From: Candidatus Woesearchaeota archaeon
GTDB lineage: Archaea; Nanobdellota; Nanobdellia; Woesearchaeales; JAZDKJ01
Direction: 5' to 3'
Assembly (NCBI GenBank): GCA_043803105.1
Contig: JAZDKJ010000006.1
Span: forward strand, 64,001 to 128,000
Length of the DNA stretch: 64,000 nucleotides
Of the stretch, positions 26,673-35,627 are shown piece after piece. The translations under genes and the position numbers were made by a program. Within the stretch, counting starts at the first letter, position 1. Every line of letters begins with the position of its first letter. The notes beneath the pieces were generated by a model. It searched no databases, was not told the DNA's origin, and saw only the letters and a list, made by a program, of their open reading frames with translations.

Positions 26673-29407
26673 AAAAGCCTCTCTTGACTCTTGTTTGCCT
26701 CCTTGCCACGCTCGCGGCCTTGCAGATTTCGCGTGCCGACGAAACAAATTCTTCTATGTACAATCTCACTTTCAACAAGACCATTTGCCTGCTCTCCAAT
26801 GGAACCAATTTCACTTCTTACGACTGCGATAACGACAGCTTCCCCTATTGGCTCGACTGCAATGATTCCAACCAAAATATTAATCCAAATGCCACAGAGC
26901 TATGCAACCGCCTTGATGACAACTGTAATGGCCTGGTTGACGAAGGCTTTGACCAGGACATTGACGGATTTTATCCTGCCTCTTGCGGGTACGGCACATT
27001 TGACTGCAATGATTCCAACCCATTTGTAAACCCCAACTCAACAGAGGTCTTTGGTAATGGATTGGACGATGATTGCAATGCCTCAACCCCTGACAAGCCC
27101 TATCTTAGGGTTCTCATCACAAAGCCTAGCTATCTCCTGGGTGAGACAGGTGCATTAATAGTCAACGCTACCCAAGGGTCATATGTTTACCTCACAATAA
27201 CCACGCCATCGAGCTCGCACAATTCCATCTTGTCCTTGCACGGGCCCTATCCTGTGGTCCAGATGCTTCCGTACATTAGGAAGGTTGGAACATACATTGT
27301 TGACGCGAGTCTTGATTACATGAATTATGCAAATAGCACCAGAATAACATTCTCTGTTGAGAATACAATCGCCGCCCAGATCATTGGTAGCTCATCAGTC
27401 CCAAGGAACGGGCAGCTCCAATTAAGTGCCACAGCTGCCGGCGGCATAGGTACACTAAGATACTACTGGGATTTTGGGGATTCTACTTTCTCCGTAGGAA
27501 GCTCCCAGACTCACATTTATACGAGTGTTGGCAGGCGCACTATTTGGCTGTATGTAAATGACTCTGAACAAAACCAATGGAGGACATCAAAAGATATTGA
27601 CGTTTATGACAATTACCGCTTGACTGTTGCTGTGCGCAACTCCTCCTTTGGGGTGAAGAACGCTAAGGTGGAGCTAAATAGCGACCAAAAACTCACGAAT
27701 GATTCTGGCCTCGTGCAATTCACTTCTCTTCTGAGGGGTATTTACTATCTTAAGGTCTCGCGCTCAGGTTATGAGCCCTACTTAGAGACAATCAATCTCA
27801 CTGCGAATCTGTCAAGGATTGTGCAGCTCATAGCAACTGAAACTACCCTGCCAGTTGTAACCCTGGTGGCTCCTGCTGATGGTCAGGAGTTTGAACCTGG
27901 CAAGGTACAGTTGCGATTTCATGCCTCTGACAGCAGCAACATGGAATGTGTGCTCTACTTGAGCTTGGACAATTCTTGGTGGAGCAAGGAGGCTGTTTTC
28001 GAAAATGTGGTAAGCAACCAAGAGTACTCGTATGCATTGAACAACCCTCAGCAAACTACCTACTGGTGGAAAGTCCGCTGCCAGGATTCTGACTCCAATG
28101 CGCAGTTTAGTCAGGTGTTTAAGTTCATTGTGAGATCAAAGGAAGCACAGCAAGACGCGTCCCAAGACACGACAATACAACCTGTTGCCACTGATGATGA
28201 GAATGCCGACCTCCTCGCCCAGATTGATACTTACCGTGACTCTCTGGCAAAGCTTCCGTCCGTTGAAGCAGAGGCGGCTCAACTGCTTGGGCTGGACGCT
28301 CAACTGCTTGATGCCAAGAAGAATATCCAGAACTATGGTCGTGATATCTTTAATGTCAAGTTCCGCAAACTCACCGATGCCGAGAAGGCTAATCTTACTT
28401 ATGACCTAACACAGAGGCTGGAGTTTCAAAAAAAGAGCATAATCAAGAACCTGCAGGTGCTTAAGCACAACAACTTTGTCAAGTATAGTTCCAGCGCAGA
28501 CCTCAAGCTCTTGGTCTCGCTGCTCACCAATTCGTCTGTCACAGCCTCTTCCCTCACACCGCTTCAACACCTGCTAACAGTCTCTACAAAGGTCTTTGTG
28601 GTGAGGCTTGAGTTCTTGGGCTTGGAGCCCAAGATCCTTACACTAGTGCAAAAATCAGTGCAAATCTCAAACGCTTCTCAACTGGGTTCTGTTTTGGAGG
28701 TTGTGCCTAAAGAGTTTGCTAGGTCAGCATCTGAATTGAAGGTTCTTGGCGTTTACAAGGTTTTGCAGGATGATCCAGTCCTTGAGTTTGTTCCTAACGA
28801 TTCTCTTGTAATCCAATACAGTGTGGATAAGGAGGTTGATCCGGCGATTGTTGAGTCATCAATCACCGCTGGTCTCCCCACAACTGTTGCGTTGTCAAAT
28901 AAGGTTACCGGATTTGCGGTTGGAAATCTCTCAAAGGGTATAATGGATAATTCCCTTTATATCCTCATAATTGCAGTCCTTGTCAGTGTCATGCTACTTC
29001 TTGCATACAAATGGGAGGACCTTAGCCAAAGTTTTGCTAAAGTCAATACCCCTATGCCTCGAGAGTTTATTGTTTTATCACAGAAGTTGATAGAGCGCCT
29101 GAATAATGACAATCTAACAAGCGCGAGAACTATCTATAGGGAGCTGCAGCAGGAATACGCAAAGTCACCTAAGGAGGTTAAGGCTGCTGTCTCGTTTGAA
29201 GTTCTTCATCTCTTTCATCGGTTGCAGTTCTCTGAGTTGCAGCACACCGCAGCCCGCATAAAAACCTATTGCGAGGATGGCGATCTTGAGCAGGCAAAGC
29301 ACCACTACCATTCAATTAATCAAATGTATTCCAAACTGCCACGGCACCTAAAGGAGCAGGCCTTTGAGACCTGCATCGGGGCTCGCAAGAGGATAGATGA
29401 GAACTAG
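26669..29407 (+). CDS. Type I membrane surface protein: MopE-like Cys/Asp metal-binding repeats, PKD, Ig-like domains, TM, cytoplasmic helical tail
   Basis: Signal peptide; DCNDSN-NINPNATELCNRLDDNCNGLVDE repeats; YYWDFGD (PKD); TM LYILIIAVLVSVMLLLAY. Confidence 0.8.
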   Translation: MKKPLLTLVCLLATLAALQISRADETNSSMYNLTFNKTICLLSNGTNFTSYDCDNDSFPYWLDCNDSNQNINPNATELCNRLDDNCNGLVDEGFDQDIDGFYPASCGYGTFDCNDSNPFVNPNSTEVFGNGLDDDCNASTPDKPYLRVLITKPSYLLGETGALIVNATQGSYVYLTITTPSSSHNSILSLHGPYPVVQMLPYIRKVGTYIVDASLDYMNYANSTRITFSVENTIAAQIIGSSSVPRNGQLQLSATAAGGIGTLRYYWDFGDSTFSVGSSQTHIYTSVGRRTIWLYVNDSEQNQWRTSKDIDVYDNYRLTVAVRNSSFGVKNAKVELNSDQKLTNDSGLVQFTSLLRGIYYLKVSRSGYEPYLETINLTANLSRIVQLIATETTLPVVTLVAPADGQEFEPGKVQLRFHASDSSNMECVLYLSLDNSWWSKEAVFENVVSNQEYSYALNNPQQTTYWWKVRCQDSDSNAQFSQVFKFIVRSKEAQQDASQDTTIQPVATDDENADLLAQIDTYRDSLAKLPSVEAEAAQLLGLDAQLLDAKKNIQNYGRDIFNVKFRKLTDAEKANLTYDLTQRLEFQKKSIIKNLQVLKHNNFVKYSSSADLKLLVSLLTNSSVTASSLTPLQHLLTVSTKVFVVRLEFLGLEPKILTLVQKSVQISNASQLGSVLEVVPKEFARSASELKVLGVYKVLQDDPVLEFVPNDSLVIQYSVDKEVDPAIVESSITAGLPTTVALSNKVTGFAVGNLSKGIMDNSLYILIIAVLVSVMLLLAYKWEDLSQSFAKVNTPMPREFIVLSQKLIERLNNDNLTSARTIYRELQQEYAKSPKEVKAAVSFEVLHLFHRLQFSELQHTAARIKTYCEDGDLEQAKHHYHSINQMYSKLPRHLKEQAFETCIGARKRIDEN

Positions 29408-32400
29408 AAAAAAGAATAGCATTGGAATAAAGTACTTTCTCTCCATAACTGTGCTCTTAATACTTGCAGTCTCTGTCATGGTGTTGGTAAATCGTTTCAT
29501 AGGTTATGTTTACGTTGAAACCGAGCCTGGGACTATCACCCAAATCAACCTTGCTATAAAGGATCCAACAGTTTACTGGCATGGTTTTTATGGTATTATT
29601 ATGATGGTTCCCCAGTTTGACGCCCAGCAGTCTGCTTTAGCACAGAACGGCAAGATTGACCTCATACATTTGTTATTCCCTTGCCTGCAACCCAATATAC
29701 CGCATGAACTCTATGCCTCCTTGACCCAATACCCTCAATGGGAAACTGTTGTTGCCGCCTTGCCAGCAGATGTGGACGCTTTCCTTGGCCTAAATTCTTC
29801 CGCATATTCCTCAGCAAATAATACATTCACCACAAACATCACCGTAAGATTAGGCCCGACAGTCATTTCCAATGTTCCCGGTACATACACAAAACAGCAG
29901 GTTGCCAACCTTTCATCTTTCAATCTGGGAATCTTGAAAGATGGGCTGGGCAATCTGATTTATGTCACGCAGATTGCTGATTACGTTGAAGGTTTTAGCG
30001 GCCTTACCACAAATTATCAAATAATGGTTGCCACCGGAAACAATACAAACCGGAGGTACTACTTTTTTACAGATCCTTATGATGAGTGCCCCAAGGGCAT
30101 CACCTTCGGCCTTTTTGGCCAGCGCGCCAGGTTGTATGGTTGGGTGAAAGACAATGCCACAGGAGCAAGACTGGATACAGTTGCAGTGATGCTCGCTGAC
30201 AACATGACCTTGACAGATTCTCATGGATTCTATAACTTCAGTGTTCTCTCTGGCATCCAGATAATCGCAGCTGCCAAGAATGGTTACAACAATTTCATCG
30301 ATCTCCTCAACATCTCCCCAGATTCTGTCAGGGAGTATAACATTTCCATGTCCCAGACTGCCAAATATACCTATACTTCTACTGGTGTTGGTCCTGGAAT
30401 CGGGCCTGGCCAGTCTGTTGGTCCTGGCGTAGGTCCGGGCGTGTCGTTTAAGCCTGACGTAGGGCCCTATACTGAAGAGCCAAAGAGGTTCGAAGGGCTT
30501 GACATCTGGATTTCCACAACCAACATAGACAAGATTCTTCGCACAGGCACTTTTGCAGAGGATCCTATTTTTATCTTCAATTTCGGGGTTGATCCATTGC
30601 TTATTGAGTTTTCTGTGAGGGGTAACGTGAGTCCTTCCTTAAAGCTGGACCGAACAACGCTTAGGATTCAGCCTAACTCAATGGCTAATTTGACTGCCAC
30701 TTTCTTCGGAAACCAGCCGCTTGGAAACTATTTCGGAAATATTGACCTTGGTGGTGATATCAATTTCTCAATACCACTCAAGGTGAAGATTGTCAGTGAG
30801 GAAATGCTGCCTGTCGAAGCCCTTATTGTTACGGTCACCCCGACAAAGACCCGGCTTACTCCGGATTCTGACCTGAGATACAAGGTGGACTTGAACAATC
30901 TGTTGACTGATCAGGAGTATGAAGTTTACCTCAAGTATTTCATCAAGGACTTGAACAATTCAAAGATTTTTAGTACCGATGAGGACAAGGTTCATTTGCA
31001 GACCAGTTATTCCCTTTTAAAAAGCTATCATATTCCACGGAATGCTTCGCTTGGTGAATACATTATACAGGTTGATGCCCACTACCTTGAGCTTGTTACT
31101 ACAGGAACAGCCATCTTTGATGTTGTCGCGCCTTTCTTCCAGTACATGGTTTTCGGTTTGATTCCTTTGTGGCAGCTTTTTCTTATGATTGTAGCTCTGC
31201 TGTTCATAATATTCGCAGTCTGGTACATCCGTCGTATGATAAGCCAAAAGAAGCGCTTCCACGTCAAGGTGGAGTTTGACCTTCTTCCAAGTCAAGGCCC
31301 GCGGTCAATTTTTGTGGGCAAGGTCGCAGAGACCAACAAGAAGACCTATCTTGACATGGACAATTTGACTGTCCATACAATAGTTGCGGGTTCCACCGGT
31401 GGTGGTAAGACAATCTCAGCCCAGGTTATAGTAGAGGAATGCTTGATGAAGAACGTGGCTGTTGTGGTTTTTGATCCGACTGCCCAGTGGTCTGGCTATT
31501 TGCGTAAGTGCACTGACAAGAAGATGATGACCTTCTATCCAAAGTTCAACCTGAAAAAGTCTGATGCAAGAGCATTTAAGGGTAACATCCGTTATGTCGA
31601 GAACCCCTATGAGATAATTGACTTGAAAAAGTACATGATTCCCGGCAACATACAGGTTTTCACCATGAACAAGCTTGACCCAAAGGACATAGACATTTTT
31701 GTGGCAAACACTGTTCGCGAGGTGTTCCACTTAAATCTTCCTGAAGCGCGCGAGCTCAAACTCCTGCTTGTATACGATGAAGTTCATAGGCTTTTGCCGA
31801 AGTTCGGTGGCTCGGGTGAAGGGTTTATCCAGATAGAAAGGGCATGCAGAGAGTTCAGAAAATGGGGTGTGGGCGTAATGCTCATCTCACAGGTACTTGC
31901 TGACTTCGTTGGCCAGATTAAGGCAAACATCAACACAGAAATCCAGATGAAAACTAGAGATGAAGGCGACCTGAACAGGATAGAGACCAAATTCGGCAAG
32001 GGTTTGATTCAATCCCTTGTTAAGAGCCCGATTGGTTCAGGTATGGTGCAGAACGCTGCCTACAACCGTGGTAATCCCTTCTTCATTGAATTTAGGCCTA
32101 TTCTCCACAGCGTCGAAAGGCTCTCTGACGATGAGCTTGCCCGCTACAACAAGTACAACAACCAGATTGATGATGTGGAGTACCAGATTGACCAGATTGA
32201 GGAGCATGAGATTGATGTCTTTGATATGAGGCTTGAATTAAAGCTTGCAAAGGATAAGTTGCAGAGCGGTAACTTCAATATGGTAGATATTTATCTTGAG
32301 GGCCTTGGCCCTAGGCTGAAGTCAAATTTCGAGAAGTTGGGTGTAACCCCAAAGAAGCGCACCATCAAGATGGTCGACAAGGCAAGCCTTGAGTCTGAGC

Positions 32401-33278
32401 TTAAGGCTGCCAAGGACGCTCGTGCTGAATACGAAAAAGCAAATAAGAAGGACCAGCCTGTTGAGGCAAAGCCTCAAGGACCCTTGAAGTTTGGCGATGA
32501 TGTGCCTCCTGACAAGATCCTCAGGCTGAAGAACGATATGCTTGTTGTCAACCTAAAGGGTTTGATTGACGAGATTGCTGCCTTGAAGCCAGCGTTGTAC
32601 GCACAGCAAGTAAATGAGAAGAAGAATGATTTTGCTGATTGGATCGAAAACGTGATTGGCAACAAGAGGCTCGCCAAAAAGGTTAGGGAAACCTTGGGCC
32701 AGCAGCAGCTTGTTGCGCTGCTTGATGATGCTTACAAGAAAGAGAAGAGTGGCGTTGTAGAGCCTGAGGAAAAGGAGGAGCCCCAGAAAAAGGAAGAACC
32801 TCAAGAGAAAAAGGCAGAGCCTGCAGCGCAAGAGAAAAAGGAGGAGGTCAAGATGCCAGCACAAGCAGTTCTACCTGAGTCAATAAAGGCTCAGATTTCC
32901 AAGACTCAATCGTTTATTGACAAGCACGATGTTGATAATGCAACCATTGCGTACAACGAGCTTACTGCGATGTACAGGCAGTTAAACAAAGAGCAGCAGG
33001 CTTTAGCCTCTCAGATGTGCATGGATCTTAGGAACAACCTACAGGAAATCATACGCTTGAGCAGTATGTTCAAGACAGGTTCACAGCAGATTGCTGAAAT
33101 AAATGACCTGCTTGAAAAGGCAGATGCCTTATTGAAATCAGGCCAGCATGCACAGGCTTTCAACACCTATCAGCAGATAATTGCAGAGTATCAGGCATTG
33201 CCTCCTGACCAAAAGCCTCTCGTATTTCAGAAATGTGTTGACCTACATTCGAAACTGTCTAAAAGGGTGGTAGCATGA
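29397..33278 (+). CDS. Extracellular domains + TM fused to a cytoplasmic HerA/FtsK/VirB4-superfamily ATPase with DUF5752-like domain and helical tail
   Basis: N-terminal hydrophobic segment; GPG repeats; TM ~31145-31230; Walker A AGSTGGGKT, VFDPTAQW, Walker B LVYDEVHR, REFRKWGVGVMLISQ; KKNDFADWIENV. Confidence 0.85.
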   Translation: MRTRKKNSIGIKYFLSITVLLILAVSVMVLVNRFIGYVYVETEPGTITQINLAIKDPTVYWHGFYGIIMMVPQFDAQQSALAQNGKIDLIHLLFPCLQPNIPHELYASLTQYPQWETVVAALPADVDAFLGLNSSAYSSANNTFTTNITVRLGPTVISNVPGTYTKQQVANLSSFNLGILKDGLGNLIYVTQIADYVEGFSGLTTNYQIMVATGNNTNRRYYFFTDPYDECPKGITFGLFGQRARLYGWVKDNATGARLDTVAVMLADNMTLTDSHGFYNFSVLSGIQIIAAAKNGYNNFIDLLNISPDSVREYNISMSQTAKYTYTSTGVGPGIGPGQSVGPGVGPGVSFKPDVGPYTEEPKRFEGLDIWISTTNIDKILRTGTFAEDPIFIFNFGVDPLLIEFSVRGNVSPSLKLDRTTLRIQPNSMANLTATFFGNQPLGNYFGNIDLGGDINFSIPLKVKIVSEEMLPVEALIVTVTPTKTRLTPDSDLRYKVDLNNLLTDQEYEVYLKYFIKDLNNSKIFSTDEDKVHLQTSYSLLKSYHIPRNASLGEYIIQVDAHYLELVTTGTAIFDVVAPFFQYMVFGLIPLWQLFLMIVALLFIIFAVWYIRRMISQKKRFHVKVEFDLLPSQGPRSIFVGKVAETNKKTYLDMDNLTVHTIVAGSTGGGKTISAQVIVEECLMKNVAVVVFDPTAQWSGYLRKCTDKKMMTFYPKFNLKKSDARAFKGNIRYVENPYEIIDLKKYMIPGNIQVFTMNKLDPKDIDIFVANTVREVFHLNLPEARELKLLLVYDEVHRLLPKFGGSGEGFIQIERACREFRKWGVGVMLISQVLADFVGQIKANINTEIQMKTRDEGDLNRIETKFGKGLIQSLVKSPIGSGMVQNAAYNRGNPFFIEFRPILHSVERLSDDELARYNKYNNQIDDVEYQIDQIEEHEIDVFDMRLELKLAKDKLQSGNFNMVDIYLEGLGPRLKSNFEKLGVTPKKRTIKMVDKASLESELKAAKDARAEYEKANKKDQPVEAKPQGPLKFGDDVPPDKILRLKNDMLVVNLKGLIDEIAALKPALYAQQVNEKKNDFADWIENVIGNKRLAKKVRETLGQQQLVALLDDAYKKEKSGVVEPEEKEEPQKKEEPQEKKAEPAAQEKKEEVKMPAQAVLPESIKAQISKTQSFIDKHDVDNATIAYNELTAMYRQLNKEQQALASQMCMDLRNNLQEIIRLSSMFKTGSQQIAEINDLLEKADALLKSGQHAQAFNTYQQIIAEYQALPPDQKPLVFQKCVDLHSKLSKRVVA

Positions 33279-33865
33279 TTGAAGCTGCACAAGCAGACGA
33301 GGTTGCAATCTTAAGGGAGCATTTCCGCTTGTTAAGGGAGCGCTTGAGCCAGAACAGGAAGCTCGGTATGGACACAAAGATAGCCGACCTGAAGCTGATG
33401 TCAGTTGCGCCCAAGATTCAGATGGCTGCTATTACCAGCGAGAGGCGTGACCTTGAGGTTGTGCAGAGGCTTCTTTCTGAGATTGAATCTGAGATGAAGC
33501 AGTTAAGGAAAGAGCAGCGATTTGAGGACGTCCTCTCAAAGGTTGCTGTAGAAGAGCGGGAGCGCCTGGATAAGTCAGAATCCCCTGTTGAGTACTTGAA
33601 ATTGAGCCAGGATGAGATTATCGACAAAACCAATAAATTAATAAATCAGGCAATTGAGTTCTTGGACAAGGCAGAGTTCGAAAAGGTTTATCCAATCTAT
33701 GTGGAAATACAAGGCATCTACAAATATCTGCCAAAAGATTTGAAGCAGGAGGTCTTCACGCAGGCAATCCTCATTTATCGTCGCCTGAGGACAAGTGATA
33801 TCTTCAAGAAAAAGTCACGCCTTCAGCTGTTGGTCAAGAAGGTTAAGTGGAGGTTTGGATTGTGA
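33275..33865 (+). CDS. Hypothetical helical/coiled-coil protein
   Basis: ATGA overlap with the upstream ATPase; contains a Y..I...Y..LP...K module. Confidence 0.75.
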   Translation: MIEAAQADEVAILREHFRLLRERLSQNRKLGMDTKIADLKLMSVAPKIQMAAITSERRDLEVVQRLLSEIESEMKQLRKEQRFEDVLSKVAVEERERLDKSESPVEYLKLSQDEIIDKTNKLINQAIEFLDKAEFEKVYPIYVEIQGIYKYLPKDLKQEVFTQAILIYRRLRTSDIFKKKSRLQLLVKKVKWRFGL

Positions 33866-34911
33866 AGCTCAAGTTTTGGAAGAAGACCGAGGCTGCAGAG
33901 CAGCCAGAGCAGCCAGAGGAGGAAGAACAGGCTGAATCTCAGCCTGATAGCCGGGCTTCCTCAGACCTTCTGGCGGAGTTTAACCGTTTAAGGGTTAAGG
34001 TTGAATCCTTGGATGAGATAAGGAAAGCAAACGCAGAGCGCTTTGCCCACACGAGCGAGCAGATTGGCGAATTGAGAGGCATGATCCTTGACACCAATCG
34101 CACAGTTTCCGGCATCGAGGTCAAGATTACCAAGACAAATGACTTGGTTGAGGCTGTCCAGCCCGACAAGCTGATGGTTGAGGTAAGGAAGACCGATGGC
34201 AAGATCGAGGCTGTGCGGGCAAACATTGAGAGCAATGAGGCATTGTTGAAGACCATGGTTGCTGAACTCAAGGATTTAAGGAACAAGATTTCATTTTTCA
34301 GGGGCCTTGAGCAGATTGTCAAATTGAACGAAGACATAAAGAAAGAGCTGACAGAAATCCAGAAGATAAAGGCCGTGGTTGAGCGTCACGCTGACAAGTC
34401 GGAAACCCTATTCTCAGAGATGCAGAATCGCTTTGCCGACCTTGACAAGTTTTCAGGCCAATTGAAAGACCTAGGTGATAACATCAAGCAGCTTAATGAT
34501 TCAGCAGACAAGCTCAAGGCTCAAACTGCGAAGAAGGCAGAAAAACAGGAGCTCGAACGGCTTGTTAAGAAGTTCAACGAGTTTGAGCTTCATGTTGGAA
34601 ATGTCATTGACCTAATGTCAAAGAAGGCCAAGGAGTTAAATGACCAATTTAAGTCTGACACTGAGAAGTTTCAACAGTTGTTCGATACAGAGCTGAAGCG
34701 CGGCAAGAAGATCATTGACCTTATTGGTGAGCTCTCAAGGGAAAATCCAAATCTTGAGAAAAATCTGCTTGCCGTAGAGGAGATGGAAAAGTCGCAGGAA
34801 GAACAGAAAAAGGCAGAGCAGGTTGTCGCCGATCTGCCTGCAAAAAAGGCATGGTTCACCTGGCCAAAGAAGAAGAAAGAAACAGAAAAGCCAGCGCCCA
34901 AACCTGCTTAA
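33862..34911 (+). CDS. Long coiled-coil protein
   Basis: GTG start overlapping the upstream TGA, GGAGG at 33849-33853; heptad-rich; KFWKK and WFTWPKKKK ends. Confidence 0.75.
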   Translation: MKLKFWKKTEAAEQPEQPEEEEQAESQPDSRASSDLLAEFNRLRVKVESLDEIRKANAERFAHTSEQIGELRGMILDTNRTVSGIEVKITKTNDLVEAVQPDKLMVEVRKTDGKIEAVRANIESNEALLKTMVAELKDLRNKISFFRGLEQIVKLNEDIKKELTEIQKIKAVVERHADKSETLFSEMQNRFADLDKFSGQLKDLGDNIKQLNDSADKLKAQTAKKAEKQELERLVKKFNEFELHVGNVIDLMSKKAKELNDQFKSDTEKFQQLFDTELKRGKKIIDLIGELSRENPNLEKNLLAVEEMEKSQEEQKKAEQVVADLPAKKAWFTWPKKKKETEKPAPKPA

Positions 34912-34932
34912 GCTATTTCTAGAAAGGGTCAC

Positions 34933-34956
34933 TTTTTTTTTCGAAAGATTTATAAA
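34933..34956 (+). promoter_or_regulatory. Oligo-T terminator immediately followed by a BRE-TATA promoter
   Basis: T9 at 34933-34941; CGAAAG-A-TTTATAAA at 34942-34956. Confidence 0.55.
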
Positions 34957-35066
34957 TCAATATACTAAAAAAGATATATAAATATAAAAAAAAAGAATAA
35001 TATAATATCAATTTTAATATAATGGCACATATGGATTAAGGGACGTGCTGATCACAGGGACTAAAA

Positions 35067-35627
35067 GTGGCTGCTAGCAAGCTCGAACAGAGGATAGTTG
35101 GGCTGTTTGTTGACGTCAAATCAGCCTTTAGTATTCTTCAGATTGCAAAGATGATGAACACATCCTATCCTCATGTATATAACGCTGTTCAAGGTTTGAT
35201 CGAGCAGGGCATACTCTCAAAGCTCGTTGTTGGCAATGTTCATCTTTGCCAATTGAACCTTGATAATGATCTTACCATAAGCCTGCTGTCGCTTCTCGCC
35301 TTACAAAAAAGAGAGCCGCTAATTCGCAAGCACAAATCTGTTCACCAGTTCCTCGCAAGCCTAAAGCACTCAAATCTGAGGTTTTCCGTTGACTTCTCAT
35401 TCTTCCTCAAGGGTGAATACTATCTTGTGGTGCACGATGCACATGAATGCAAATGGATACAGCAGTCCTTCGGCACAGCAAAGTGCTTGGACTTGGCTAG
35501 CGGCCTTGATCTCTTGGCATTGCATCACACAGAAGCTACTGTCCTACTGGGCTTCGAGCGCTATTATCAGGCCCTTTTCAGCATTTTCGACAGGCTTCAG
35601 GGACCGCTGGAGTTCAAACATGAATAA
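35067..35627 (+). CDS. Winged-helix transcription regulator (possible degenerate nucleotidyltransferase C-domain)
   Basis: FSILQIAKMMNTSYPHVYNAVQGLIEQGILS...VGNVHLCQLN. Confidence 0.7.
   Translation: MAASKLEQRIVGLFVDVKSAFSILQIAKMMNTSYPHVYNAVQGLIEQGILSKLVVGNVHLCQLNLDNDLTISLLSLLALQKREPLIRKHKSVHQFLASLKHSNLRFSVDFSFFLKGEYYLVVHDAHECKWIQQSFGTAKCLDLASGLDLLALHHTEATVLLGFERYYQALFSIFDRLQGPLEFKHE

Noticed and set aside
29397-33278. Housekeeping HerA helicase of the NurA-HerA-Mre11-Rad50 operon
   Set aside because: No HAS-barrel-type N-terminus and no nurA/mre11/rad50 neighbours; it is fused to a TM and ectodomain instead.
35389-35619. 77-aa N-terminal extension of the giant ORF (TTG start)
   Set aside because: Overlaps the wHTH gene; the signal peptide starts at ATG 35620.
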